Assembly: GCA_033764955.1 (NCBI GenBank)
Contig: JANRIL010000010.1
Coordinates: 27,754 to 91,753, forward strand
Length of the DNA: 64,000 nucleotides
Source: Cyanobacteriota bacterium
GTDB taxonomy: Bacteria > Cyanobacteriota > Cyanobacteriia > Thermostichales > Thermostichaceae
Direction: 5' to 3'
Part shown: positions 1 to 9,407 of the stretch, in pieces
How the letters are laid out: every line of letters starts with the position of its first letter
Numbering within the stretch: position 1 is the first letter of the stretch
Made by a program: the position numbers and the translations under genes
The notes under the pieces: model-generated
What the model saw: the letters and a program-made list of their open reading frames with translations, nothing else
The model's database searches: none
Told to the model about the DNA's origin: nothing

Positions 1-1
1 G

Positions 2-406
2 ACCGAAAAATCGGTAGCCAATTATGGCTTGATTGCGGTTGTGGATAGCTTAGAAACGGCGGTCTCCCTCTCCAATCTGTTTGCCCCTGAACACCTCGAA
101 TTACAGGTGGCGGATCCCTGGAGTCTTTTGGAAACAATCCGTCACGCGGGAGCGATCTTTCTCGGCCACCATACTCCAGAAGCAGTGGGGGATTATCTGG
201 CCGGCCCTAACCATACCTTGCCCACCTCAGGAGCCGCCCGCTATGCCTCAGCCCTGGGGGTGGAAGTGTTTATGAAGTCCTCCAGTATTATTCAATACAG
301 CCCCGCCGCCTTGTCAGAAGTGGCCACTGCGATTGATGCCCTCACCGAGGCGGAAGGGTTGCCCTCCCACGGGGAGTCGGTGCGCTTGCGTCTAACCTCC
401 GATTGA
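2..406 (+). CDS. hisD: Histidinol dehydrogenase, 3' part (5'-truncated by window edge)
   Basis: APEHLEL, HAGAIFLG, GDYLAGPNHTLPTSG and EGLPSHGESVRLR motifs; the frame is open to the window start. Confidence 0.95.
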   Translation, partial: TEKSVANYGLIAVVDSLETAVSLSNLFAPEHLELQVADPWSLLETIRHAGAIFLGHHTPEAVGDYLAGPNHTLPTSGAARYASALGVEVFMKSSSIIQYSPAALSEVATAIDALTEAEGLPSHGESVRLRLTSD

Positions 407-472
407 GTGCTATCCTTTGAGCGGGAAAACCAGAGAAGAGTTCATCCGCATCAGGTTCGGGAGCTGGCAGGC

Positions 473-1189
473 ATGGCGAGTCGATGGTTATGGCCGGGAA
501 CGCTAGTGCTTTTGGCGCTTTTGGGTGGATCGGGGAAAACCGAGGCCGCCACCATTCGGGATCCCTGGGATTGGGTGGAAACTCTACAAAAGCAGGCTCG
601 CACCCAGCGCTGTACCCTATCTGGGTTTCTGCGTAGCGACCCCGTGCCCGCTCCCAACGGCGATTGGCGGGTTTATAGCCGTTTGGATATGGTGGCTTCT
701 CCCAACGGACAGGCAGATCGCCTAACCAGTGTCTTGTTTGCGGAAAATGCGACGACGCAAGAGTTGCGGGTGCTCTATCAATCGGTGGCGGCGGTTTATG
801 CCCAAGAGGATCCGTTAGACTTCATCATGGTTTTGCCCCTGGCTTGGCAAAACAACACTCTGTTGGCTCGTGAGTTTGATGGATTATTTGCCTCAGACAT
901 CGCCTGGGATCGCGCCTTAGTGTGGTCACCCCAGACCCCCGACTCCTCTATCCAAATTTGGCAGCCACCGGCCAGCGGCTATAGTGAGATCCTGGGCTGG
1001 GATCCCCTCAGTGAGGGGAGGGTACTCTTTCGGGTGGGGGAATTGGGGGAATTGCCCCGCTTGGTGAGTGTGGGATCCGATCAGACTGCCCAGCCTTTAG
1101 CGGAACCGTTGGATCGCTTCCCGCCCCAGGGGATTGATTGGCAGTCCGCCCTGCCCCTCAGTACGGGATCCCTTTGTCGTCAGGAATAA
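473..1189 (+). CDS. Hypothetical exported protein
   Basis: ORF 407..1189; ATG at 473 gives an N-terminal hydrophobic signal-like segment; tightly follows hisD. Confidence 0.65.
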   Translation: MASRWLWPGTLVLLALLGGSGKTEAATIRDPWDWVETLQKQARTQRCTLSGFLRSDPVPAPNGDWRVYSRLDMVASPNGQADRLTSVLFAENATTQELRVLYQSVAAVYAQEDPLDFIMVLPLAWQNNTLLAREFDGLFASDIAWDRALVWSPQTPDSSIQIWQPPASGYSEILGWDPLSEGRVLFRVGELGELPRLVSVGSDQTAQPLAEPLDRFPPQGIDWQSALPLSTGSLCRQE

Positions 1190-1199
1190 GGCTAGGTGT

Positions 1200-1505
1200 A
1201 TGAGTAGACCCTTGATAACAGCAGGCTGGCCTTTAGAGGCATTTGTCGGGGATATCTTAGTCTGCACCTTGGAGGGAGCGCATTTGGATGCCGTCACAGA
1301 GATTAAAGTGGCTCCGGCAGCGAAGGGGATCCAGGTGCGGTTGGGGGATCCCTTGGGGCGCGCTCAATACCCTGTGCAGCAATCTTCTGAAGCGCTGACG
1401 GTGACGGTTGAGATTGGCTTTCAGGTCTATCCGGGCGAAAAACGGATGGTGGTGGTCTCTCCGGCTGGGGAGAGCGATCCCTTGCCCTTCCTGGTGATGA
1501 TGTAA
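1200..1505 (+). CDS. Small hypothetical protein, possibly Ig-like/IPT-TIG beta fold
   Basis: ATG at 1200, 10 nt after the previous stop; beta-strand-like pattern ending VVVSPAGESDPLPF. Confidence 0.55.
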   Translation: MSRPLITAGWPLEAFVGDILVCTLEGAHLDAVTEIKVAPAAKGIQVRLGDPLGRAQYPVQQSSEALTVTVEIGFQVYPGEKRMVVVSPAGESDPLPFLVMM

Positions 1506-1517
1506 GCGGAGGAGTCT

Positions 1518-2666
1518 GTGCCCATCCCCTTTTCTTTGGTATTGGTGGCAGTTGAATTTTCCCTCACGGATCCCGCCGATCTGTGGATTGCTGGTGGCAG
1601 CCTGAGTCTGCTCTGTTTGACAGGTTTCTTGGCTTGGCGACAACAACGACGCAGGCAATCCCCTCCTGCCCCACCGGATCTGGCTACTCCCATTGCTGGA
1701 CTGTCTGCGGAGGAGTCCGCCACGATCGCCAACTACGATGCCACCTTGGGATCCCAGCCCAATGATGCCCTTACCTGGTATAACCGTGCCACCACCCTCG
1801 ATCGTCTGGGGCATCATCAGGAATCGATTGCCAGCTATGATCAGGCGCTCCGCCTCAAGCCCGACTTTTATCAAGCTTTTAATAACAAAGGCTCTGCCCT
1901 TGATGATCTGGGGCAGCATCCAGAGGCGATCCAGTGCTATGAGCAGGCACTTGCCCTCAAACCGGATTTTTTTGAAGCCCGCTTTAACCAGGCCAACAGT
2001 TTTCGCAGCATGGGACGCCATCAAGAAGCCCTGCGCGCCTATGAACAAGCCCTCGTGATCACGCCGGATAGCCCCGAAGCCTGGTTTGCCCTGGGAACCC
2101 TCTTTGCGTTGTTGCAGCGATATGCCTCTGCCCTCAACAGTTTTGAGAAAGCCCTCGCCATCAATGCGGTGGATCCCACCATTTGGTATCACCGTGCCCT
2201 TGCCCTCTCCAAACTGGAACGCTTTGCCGATGCCCTAGATAGCTACGCACGGGCGCTAGCGCTCCAACCCCAGGATCCCCAGATGTGGGCGAACCACGGC
2301 ATCACCTACTATCGGCTGCAACAACCCATGGAGGCCGTCAATAGTTTTGACCGCTCTCTGCAATTGCAACCCAACCAGCCCCAGATCTGGGTCTATCGTG
2401 GGCTTGCCCTGAGCAGCATGGGCTTGCATGAATTGGCTTTGGCTAGCCATGACCAAGCCATTGCTCAGCAACCAGACTATGCCGAGGCCTATTATCATCG
2501 CGCCTGTTGCCATGCTCAACAGGGGCGGGTCAACCCGATGATTGCCAATCTAGAACAGGCTTTTGCCTGCGATCGCACCCGCTTTCAGCCCCTAGCCATG
2601 CGGGATCCCGTTTTTCAGCCCTTTCGTCACATCCCCCAGTTTCAAGTTTTGATGCAGGGTTTTTAG
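1518..2666 (+). CDS. Membrane-anchored TPR repeat protein
   Basis: N-terminal TM helix followed by about 8 repeats of 34 aa (W..RA..L..L.R..EA...Y.QAL.L.P). Confidence 0.9.
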   Translation: MPIPFSLVLVAVEFSLTDPADLWIAGGSLSLLCLTGFLAWRQQRRRQSPPAPPDLATPIAGLSAEESATIANYDATLGSQPNDALTWYNRATTLDRLGHHQESIASYDQALRLKPDFYQAFNNKGSALDDLGQHPEAIQCYEQALALKPDFFEARFNQANSFRSMGRHQEALRAYEQALVITPDSPEAWFALGTLFALLQRYASALNSFEKALAINAVDPTIWYHRALALSKLERFADALDSYARALALQPQDPQMWANHGITYYRLQQPMEAVNSFDRSLQLQPNQPQIWVYRGLALSSMGLHELALASHDQAIAQQPDYAEAYYHRACCHAQQGRVNPMIANLEQAFACDRTRFQPLAMRDPVFQPFRHIPQFQVLMQGF

Positions 2667-2724
2667 TAATTTTCGATTGAATGGCTGAAGCCGATTCACC
2701 TCACAACCTGCACGGGATGAACCC

Positions 2725-3513
2725 TCAGTAGTTGATCTGGAGGGTGACTCTCGCGGAAATGCGCTGATCTCCGCCTATCACGGGAGTTGGCGCGTCGGAA
2801 CGAACCATATTGTAGGCTTCTACGGATTCTGGGCGCATCACAATCGGCGGGCTATCGCTGGCATCGACTTGAATGGTTTGAACGGACTGAATCGTCAAGT
2901 TGAGGACAGACAACACATCAGTAGCCTGGGTTTGGGCATCCTGAACCGCCGACTGGAGCGCCAGTTTTCGCCCAGCTTTGACTACACTTTCGGTGGCTTT
3001 GAAACTGACCGATTCCACTTGTGTGGCTCCTGCCGCAATCGCCTGATCCAAAATTTGACCCGCTTGATCAATGGGCACCTCAAACTGAACCGAGTTTTGC
3101 CCTTGCACCCCGATGGGTTTGGCTTGCCCATCTTTGTATTCATAGCGGGGGTTCAGGGAGATACCTGTGGTTTGTAGTGCTTGCACACGCAAATCCTTGA
3201 GTTTTTGCACTAACTCTCCCGACTGTTGCGCCACCTGCTGCTGCACCTGTTGCGCCGAAGTTCCATCGATCAAGACCCCTAGGCGCACCACCGCTATCGA
3301 AGTCTCCACCGCCACGGATCCCTGGCCCGTTACCGTCAAGAGACGGGGGGGATTATTTTCTGCTCCCACAACCGGATGACTCAACATAATGCTCCACCAC
3401 CCCAAACAACTGATCAACAAAACCAGCAGCCCAATCCACCCCCGCCACCCCTGTTGCGGGATCCGGAAGTGGTGGGTGGATATAGCCCCTAACCAAGGTT
3501 TTGGCAGTTTCAT
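2725..3513 (-). CDS. SIMPL / DUF541 periplasmic protein
   Basis: LTVTGQGSV, LQTTGISLNPRY, LD.AIAAGATQV.SVSF and GGDQRISARVTLQINY motifs. Confidence 0.9.
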   Translation of the reverse strand: MKLPKPWLGAISTHHFRIPQQGWRGWIGLLVLLISCLGWWSIMLSHPVVGAENNPPRLLTVTGQGSVAVETSIAVVRLGVLIDGTSAQQVQQQVAQQSGELVQKLKDLRVQALQTTGISLNPRYEYKDGQAKPIGVQGQNSVQFEVPIDQAGQILDQAIAAGATQVESVSFKATESVVKAGRKLALQSAVQDAQTQATDVLSVLNLTIQSVQTIQVDASDSPPIVMRPESVEAYNMVRSDAPTPVIGGDQRISARVTLQINY

Positions 3514-3682
3514 CCCGTTCTTCTCCTAAGCATGTCGCTCCTAGCCTAGCCAAGTCCCCCCTGCTCGTGAGTGCCGGATCAAAAATAGTAACGAAAAGTC
3601 GGTGCAAAGAACGCTTGAGAGATCGACCAAAACCTGAGTAGAGTCAAGTATTGTCCAGATAGGCCAAAGCATTGGGAAATCC

Positions 3683-4609
3683 ATGACTGGGTTACGCTCG
3701 GTGACAATAGGGGAAGTTTTGTTGGATGTTTTTCCAGATGGTCAGGTGGTTTTGGGGGGAGCACCCTTTAACATTGCTTGGCATCTGCGGGGGTTTGAAC
3801 TGAATCCCCTCCTGATTACTCGGATTGGCCAGGATGCCTACGGTGACAAAATTTGGCACGCCCTCGAATCTTGGCATCTCGACACCCAAGGGATCCAAAT
3901 CGACCCAGACCACCCCACAGGCCGCGTCGAAGTCACCTTGCCAGCCGGACAGCCCCACTTCCACATTCCCCCCGATCAAGCCTTTGACTTTATTGAAGGA
4001 TCTTTGGCCTTAGCCGCCATCCAAGCTCACCCCTGCCGTTTGATCTACCACGGAACCCTTGCCACTCGCACCCTTGCCGCCCGTCAAACTCTTTTGGATC
4101 TGCATCAGGTTAGCCAACTGCCGCTGTTTCTGGATCTCAACCTACGGGATCCCTGGTGGGATCGAGATTGGCTCGATCAGGTGATGCAGACGGCCACCTG
4201 GGTAAAAATGACGGAAGCAGAGCTAGCCACCCTACGGGATCCCCACCCCCTCAGCCGCACCCAATTACCTCCGGCAGCCTGTCACCTCCACAGCCAGTAT
4301 GGTTATGCCTTTTTGGCCGTAACGATGGGAGAGGACGGAGCCATGCTGGTCCTTCCCGACCGACTGCTCAGCCAGACCGCTCCCGTGGTGGATCCCATCT
4401 GCGATACGGTGGGAGCGGGGGATGCTTTTAGTGCTGTGCTGATCCTAGGGATCCATGAGGAGTGGAGAGCGGATGTGATGGTGCAGCGAGCCATTCAGTT
4501 TGCCTCGGCCACCTGCCGTTATCCCGGAGGGACAATAGCGGATCGCGGGTTTTATCAACGGTTTTGGGATCAATGGCAAGCGGATGACGAAGATTCCCTG
4601 ACTTCCTAG
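3683..4609 (+). CDS. PfkB-family carbohydrate kinase (fructokinase-like)
   Basis: IGEVLLD, GGAPFNIA, DLNLR and DTVGAGDAF signatures. Confidence 0.9.
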   Translation: MTGLRSVTIGEVLLDVFPDGQVVLGGAPFNIAWHLRGFELNPLLITRIGQDAYGDKIWHALESWHLDTQGIQIDPDHPTGRVEVTLPAGQPHFHIPPDQAFDFIEGSLALAAIQAHPCRLIYHGTLATRTLAARQTLLDLHQVSQLPLFLDLNLRDPWWDRDWLDQVMQTATWVKMTEAELATLRDPHPLSRTQLPPAACHLHSQYGYAFLAVTMGEDGAMLVLPDRLLSQTAPVVDPICDTVGAGDAFSAVLILGIHEEWRADVMVQRAIQFASATCRYPGGTIADRGFYQRFWDQWQADDEDSLTS

Positions 4610-4624
4610 GATCGGTTATCTGTT

Positions 4625-4680
4625 CGATAACGACTCCGTTCCCCCGCCGCAGTGGTGTCGGGTACAAACGTTTATTGGGG
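4625..4680 (-). mobile_element. Degenerate attC-like site downstream of the DUF5946-like gene
   Basis: Minus strand CCCCAAT-AAA-CGTTTGTACCCGAC...GCGGGGGAACG-GAGTC-GTTATCG; imperfect hairpin of 56 bp starting 6 nt after the stop. Confidence 0.5.
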
Positions 4681-4686
4681 ACGTGA

Positions 4687-5193
4687 TTATGCGATATTGC
4701 ACTTCCTGACAAACCTCTGAACTACGTGATGATAAGCTGACCAAGCATTCCAAACATTTCTTGCCCATTGATCAACCAGTTTTTGATGCTCTGGAAAATC
4801 TCTTGCCTTGACAATATCTAACACTGTCATTCGCCCATTTGGGGCAGGCGGATCCAACCATACAAACTGGCTTGCATATTCTAGTAATCTACCAATAGCA
4901 TGGGTAGCTTCAGCGCCTTCAAGTCCTTTTTCAACCATAAGATATAGACTGATCAGGTGTGTATTGACTGACTGAATGGATTGACGTGAGGGTTTGCCGG
5001 GATGTTGAACAGCGTAAGTATCCACTGTCAACCGATGCACTGTTTCAGGGTAACCATATTTACCATATTCTTTAGCAAGAATTTCGCCATAGATTTCCCA
5101 GCAACCTGCACATGCACCAATGTACTTGTGTGGTTCTCCAGGAATATCTTTGACCCAAGCACCGCATCCATAACATTGGATTCGTTTAGTCAT
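4687..5193 (-). CDS. DUF5946-like protein (putative gene cassette)
   Basis: N-terminal CxGCG, YIGACAGCWEIY and HRLTVDTYAVQHPG; AT-rich codon usage. Confidence 0.75.
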   Translation of the reverse strand: MTKRIQCYGCGAWVKDIPGEPHKYIGACAGCWEIYGEILAKEYGKYGYPETVHRLTVDTYAVQHPGKPSRQSIQSVNTHLISLYLMVEKGLEGAEATHAIGRLLEYASQFVWLDPPAPNGRMTVLDIVKARDFPEHQKLVDQWARNVWNAWSAYHHVVQRFVRKCNIA

Positions 5194-5242
5194 TGGATTC
5201 GTGTAGTTATTGTGTCACTAAGTTTTATTGATTTGAGGAAAT

Positions 5243-5321
5243 TACTAACGCAGTGGCGGCAAGCAACCTTGGATTTGGCACCACTCACTCCCAACTGTCC
5301 GCTGCATTTGAATTGTTGGGC
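5243..5321 (-). mobile_element. attC-like site between the GNAT and DUF5946-like cassettes
   Basis: Minus strand R'' GCCCAAC, left arm CAAAT(G)CAGCGG(A)C, damaged right arm GCCGC, R' GTTAGTA. Confidence 0.65.
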
Positions 5322-5350
5322 GGATCGCTATCCACTTACCATTTCTAGAT

Positions 5351-5806
5351 TCAGAACTCACATCGCATCACAAGTTCACCGTTCTCTTCTTTTCCGGTGT
5401 AAACAAAACCCATCTTCTCGTAGAACGGACCGGGACCACCTTTGGCTGGCACACAACTTGTTTCAACCCCATGTGCTCCAGGGCGAGTCTTGACATGTGC
5501 CAAGAACAACTCCATCGCCTTTCGCCCATACCCACACCCCTGGTATTGCTCATCTATCATAAAGCGCCACAGAAAATACTCTTGTTGAGCTACGTTGTCT
5601 TCCAACATCAAAAAACCGACTGGCACATCACCTGCGTAGATTGCACGGAACCAAGCAACCTCTGGATTGAAATGCGCTTCTGCAATAGACATGGCGTTGG
5701 ATGCTACAAATTGCTCCTGATGCGGGGCTACCTTTAAGCGTAGGATATCACTCCAGTTTTCTTTAGTTATCTCGCGCAGCGTTACTTCGATGCCGGACTT
5801 GAACAT
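5351..5806 (-). CDS. GNAT N-acetyltransferase (spermidine/diamine acetyltransferase-like; putative gene cassette)
   Basis: QEQFVASNAMSIAEA, LWRFMIDEQYQGCGYGR (acetyl-CoA motif A), FYEKMGF; AAGGAGG RBS upstream. Confidence 0.9.
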   Translation of the reverse strand: MFKSGIEVTLREITKENWSDILRLKVAPHQEQFVASNAMSIAEAHFNPEVAWFRAIYAGDVPVGFLMLEDNVAQQEYFLWRFMIDEQYQGCGYGRKAMELFLAHVKTRPGAHGVETSCVPAKGGPGPFYEKMGFVYTGKEENGELVMRCEF

Positions 5807-5881
5807 ACCGAGTATCCTCCTTAAACAATGTCTTTTAAGGATAGTTTCTTATTCAGAAACACACCCCCCACCACATCTGCC

Positions 5882-5987
5882 GCCCAACGTTCCGGTTAAG
5901 CAGCTACTGAATACAGCTCTTTTGGTGATTATCAAGCACGGCTTTGCCCCTCTCTTTCATAGAAGACGGTTTAACAGTAAGTGGTGA
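5882..5987 (-). mobile_element. Degenerate attC-like site upstream of the GNAT cassette
   Basis: Minus-strand right arm GCTGCTTAACCG-GAAC-GTTGGGC (R' fits GTTRRRY); left arm only weakly complementary. Confidence 0.45.
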
Positions 5988-6101
5988 TTGGGATGATCCG
6001 TAGCGGATAATTCACGTGTAAATTTGGTACTACCATGGCTCTGTTGTCGTTCTAGTTGACGAGAATATTTGGCTGTCAAAACCTGAGCCAGATTCAAAAA
6101 A

Positions 6102-6413
6102 TTAGTCTAAATAAGCTCGTAATTCTGCTTCCAGAGTGGGCAACTCTACCTCACCCTGACTAAGCTCTTGCAGATCTTGTAGCTGGGCTTGTAGACGGGT
6201 AATGCGTTCTTGCAGATAACTCTTGATATTGTTAGCACCGAGAGCCACACAACTGCGGCAGGCTTCTCCATAGATCCGTCCCTGATCGTTGTAAATCACG
6301 GCAATCAAGGAGGGCTGCCCTCGCCCCCGTTGAGGATTCACCCAGCGTCCACAGATCAAGCAGGGAATGGGGCTGCTCCCGCCATAAATACTTTGTTCCC
6401 AAACAATTTTCAT
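6102..6413 (-). CDS. Hypothetical protein with CxxC...CxxC and C-terminal coiled coil
   Basis: CLIC and CRSC pairs; heptad LQERITRLQAQLQDLQEL. Confidence 0.75.
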   Translation of the reverse strand: MKIVWEQSIYGGSSPIPCLICGRWVNPQRGRGQPSLIAVIYNDQGRIYGEACRSCVALGANNIKSYLQERITRLQAQLQDLQELSQGEVELPTLEAELRAYLD

Positions 6414-6482
6414 GGGATCCCCCTCGTCTTGCCAACGGATTGATCACTGCTTGAGCCCGTGATGGTTAATCACCGGGATGCC

Positions 6483-6929
6483 TCAGTCTGCCATCTCAAA
6501 ATCGACAAAGTCAAACCCTGGCACCACCACACATCCCACCAGCGCATAGCCCTTCTCTCCCGGCAAAGCCTCCGCCGACTGCCACGCCAGAGCCGGCACA
6601 AGGGCTTGATAGCAGGGAGATTCCCCCAGGCAATAGGTCATCGGATCCTGATGATCGGGGCAGACTTTCAGTTGCAAGGGATCCCCAGCCTGATGGAGCC
6701 ACAATTCTTCGGAGCGCACGCGATGCCAGCGGGATTGACAACCTGTGGGCAAGAGAAACAAAATCAGCGTGCCAGCCGCACGGCTGCCGGAATAGCCTCC
6801 AGGTAGCGCCTCCGCCGCCAAGGTTAAGGAGGAGCGCCAGGTTTCGCGGTAGTAGCCTCCTTCAGGGTGGGGCTGCAAGTGGAGATCTTTAATCAGTTGC
6901 GTGACTGGCAGAGATAGCTGAGGCGACAT
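6483..6929 (-). CDS. Cupin, DUF985 family
   Basis: LQPHPEGGYYRET, SRWHRVRSEELWLH and LVGCVVVPGFDF motifs. Confidence 0.92.
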   Translation of the reverse strand: MSPQLSLPVTQLIKDLHLQPHPEGGYYRETWRSSLTLAAEALPGGYSGSRAAGTLILFLLPTGCQSRWHRVRSEELWLHQAGDPLQLKVCPDHQDPMTYCLGESPCYQALVPALAWQSAEALPGEKGYALVGCVVVPGFDFVDFEMAD

Positions 6930-6932
6930 GGG

Positions 6933-7976
6933 TTAGGCGGAGAGAGAGGGGGGTGAGTAACGCTCCATCAAATAACACAAACAATCCTGTTGGATGATCG
7001 TGGCATTGAGGGTCAGCATACTGGGCATGACGGGGGTACGGGTGACAATTTGGTTGTTGACAATCTGAAAGTAGCGCTCCCCCACTTCCTCTCCCGTTTC
7101 ATCGATCACCTGCAATGGCAACTTAACGGTCGGGTGGCCGAGATGAGCAATTACTGTCTGGGCAGATAGTTCTTGAAAATTGAGGTGATCTAAATGGGGG
7201 GGAAACAAAACATGGCAGGTGGGATCCATAGCTTTTGGCTGAGCGGGATCGGGATCGGCAAAATCAAAGCGGATGGAATCGGGCACTCGCACCGTCGCCA
7301 CCGTATGAAACAGGTTGAGATCCTGGGGGGCTACGGGACGGTCGGGAATATGGGAAAGGCGCAGACAATCCTGTAGGTATTGCCAAGCATGGCTGACCCC
7401 GTGGGGCTGATCGGGTTTGCCACACTCCAAGACCACCGCCGGACAGAACTCCCCAAAAGCCGCCGACTGGGTTCCGGCGGGACGGGTGAAGTAGAGCACA
7501 ATCGAGCCAAACAGGGTAGCCAGTTGTAGAAATGGCGGATCGAGGCGGTTGAGGCAGGCGTAATGGGGGTTGAGTCCGGTGTTGTTGTGAATATCCAAGC
7601 TGGCAAACACGCCCCGTTGCCGCATTTGTTCGATCACCGCCGCCGCCATACCGTGTTCGGGACGGGATCCCTTTAGCCAGATCCGGTTATAGTCCGGCTG
7701 TTCATCCAGATGACGACGACCGTAGCGGGCCGCGGCCACATTGCCAATCAACAGAGACAAGGCGCGGGGCAAGCCGGTTGAGATCTGCTCTTGTAAAAGC
7801 TGCCGCACCGCCAGCCAGCCCGTGTCTTCGTTGCCATGCAACAGAACGGAGACAAAGAGGGGGGGATTGTGTTTCCCCGGCAGGTGGATCAAAGTGGGAC
7901 CAGTCAGGATCTCGTGCAGTTGGGGGGCAGTTCGATCCAGCAAACCAGCGGGGAGATAATCAAGGGTGGTCAGCAT
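6933..7976 (-). CDS. M14-type metallopeptidase (succinylglutamate desuccinylase / aspartoacylase-like)
   Basis: Zn ligands HGNE, DYNR.W, DIHNNTG and catalytic ECG. Confidence 0.85.
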   Translation of the reverse strand: MLTTLDYLPAGLLDRTAPQLHEILTGPTLIHLPGKHNPPLFVSVLLHGNEDTGWLAVRQLLQEQISTGLPRALSLLIGNVAAARYGRRHLDEQPDYNRIWLKGSRPEHGMAAAVIEQMRQRGVFASLDIHNNTGLNPHYACLNRLDPPFLQLATLFGSIVLYFTRPAGTQSAAFGEFCPAVVLECGKPDQPHGVSHAWQYLQDCLRLSHIPDRPVAPQDLNLFHTVATVRVPDSIRFDFADPDPAQPKAMDPTCHVLFPPHLDHLNFQELSAQTVIAHLGHPTVKLPLQVIDETGEEVGERYFQIVNNQIVTRTPVMPSMLTLNATIIQQDCLCYLMERYSPPSLSA

Positions 7977-9407
7977 CTAATCGAGATCCCAGGCATGGAC
8001 AGGAATACCACTCTGTTGGCGCTGCCAATAGGCGCGGGTTAATTGTTGCATATTGTTTCCATGTTTAGCACAGTAGCGCTGTTGCCAGATGGCTCCATTT
8101 TGGCTGTGGCTGAGCCGTGCCGCGATAATTCCTAAATAGTGATCGATGTCGTCGCCACTCACACACAGATCCATCAAACCTTGGCGAGCCTGCGGCAGTA
8201 ACACCTCTTGGATCAGGGGGAGGAGGGGGCGCGGATGGGAAGGATCCCACCAGATCACCGAGGCACTCAATCCATGCTGAGCCGCTTGATAAAAATTGCT
8301 GCGAGCGTGGGCAAAGGACAGTTGCGATTCGGGAGCTATCTCTTGGCTGGCGAGTGACTGCATTAATCCCAGGAAAAACGCTAGGTTAGCCATCATGTCG
8401 CTGACAGTGGGACCAGCGGCCAGACTGCGGTGTTCGAGGCGTAGGTGTGGGCGCTCCCCATCCACGCCAATCAGGGGGCGGTTCCATCGCCAGATCGTGC
8501 CATTGTGCAAGCGTAGGTGAGGCAACTGAGCCGGATCAGCCTCCATCAAAACGGGTAGCAGAATCGGATAGTTATGCAGATTTTCTTGAAAGCACTCCAA
8601 AAGAGAGTGTTGGACGTAGTGGGTGCCAAAACTGACCCGCTGCCGTGGAGATGTGGGGGTCGGGATCCCGTCAATAGCTTGTTCAAAGAGGGGAATGCGG
8701 GTTTCCTGCCAGAGATCGTGACCCAAAAAGTAGGGGGCATTGGCTCCCAACGCAACCGTGGGGGCGGAGGCAATCTGAGCGGCATTAAACAGTCGCACCG
8801 CTTGATCGGGATCCACCTGCACATGAATTTGAAAGGAGGTGGTGGCGGACTCTAGCATGATGATGTCGGCGTGCTGCATAGTTAAGGGATGGCGACCTGA
8901 GATATTTAGACCCAGCTCTTGTCCCTGGCGCAGACGCAGAACCTGCTCACTCAAAGCATAGTAGCGCTCCATCGGAGAAATAGTTGCCAGAGTTAGCAGC
9001 GCCGGATTGAGGGTGGGCAGGATGCCAATCATCAACAGTTGTGCCTCCAGATCCTCTGCCCCCTGACAACATTGCTGCCAGGTTTCAGCCAGTTCCGCCG
9101 CCATTTGACTGAGGGCTTTTTCCCGCAAAGGCTGAGGGGTGCCGTTGATTTCTACATTAAACTGAGCCAGTTCCGGCACCACCAGAGGATTATTCATGTG
9201 GCGCAAGTAGGCTTGATTGATCGGATTGGGATCCCCTGTGGGTGTGATCAAACACGCTTCCAGTTCAAAGCCCGCCACCGGATGCACCTGTTCAAACCGA
9301 TTGTCCTCAAACCATCTGGCTAGCAGAGCTGTTTCCGCTTGCAGATGGTGGGCAAACCGTTGAAAGTCCGCTTCGCTAAAGCTGTGGCTGGCAATCTCCT
9401 GACCCAT
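7977..9407 (-). CDS. Glutamate-cysteine ligase family 2 (COOH-NH2 ligase)-like protein
   Basis: GFELE, PELAQFNVEIN, TSFQIHVQV, ETRIPLFEQA, NGTIWRWNRP and RLEHRSLAAGPT. Confidence 0.88.
   Translation of the reverse strand: MGQEIASHSFSEADFQRFAHHLQAETALLARWFEDNRFEQVHPVAGFELEACLITPTGDPNPINQAYLRHMNNPLVVPELAQFNVEINGTPQPLREKALSQMAAELAETWQQCCQGAEDLEAQLLMIGILPTLNPALLTLATISPMERYYALSEQVLRLRQGQELGLNISGRHPLTMQHADIIMLESATTSFQIHVQVDPDQAVRLFNAAQIASAPTVALGANAPYFLGHDLWQETRIPLFEQAIDGIPTPTSPRQRVSFGTHYVQHSLLECFQENLHNYPILLPVLMEADPAQLPHLRLHNGTIWRWNRPLIGVDGERPHLRLEHRSLAAGPTVSDMMANLAFFLGLMQSLASQEIAPESQLSFAHARSNFYQAAQHGLSASVIWWDPSHPRPLLPLIQEVLLPQARQGLMDLCVSGDDIDHYLGIIAARLSHSQNGAIWQQRYCAKHGNNMQQLTRAYWQRQQSGIPVHAWDLD

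Noticed and set aside
1257..2192. 311-aa minus-strand ORF
   Set aside because: Antisense shadow of the TPR gene; no motifs.
7977..9407. Assigning gshA
   Set aside because: Family-level motifs only; the context suggests a different role.
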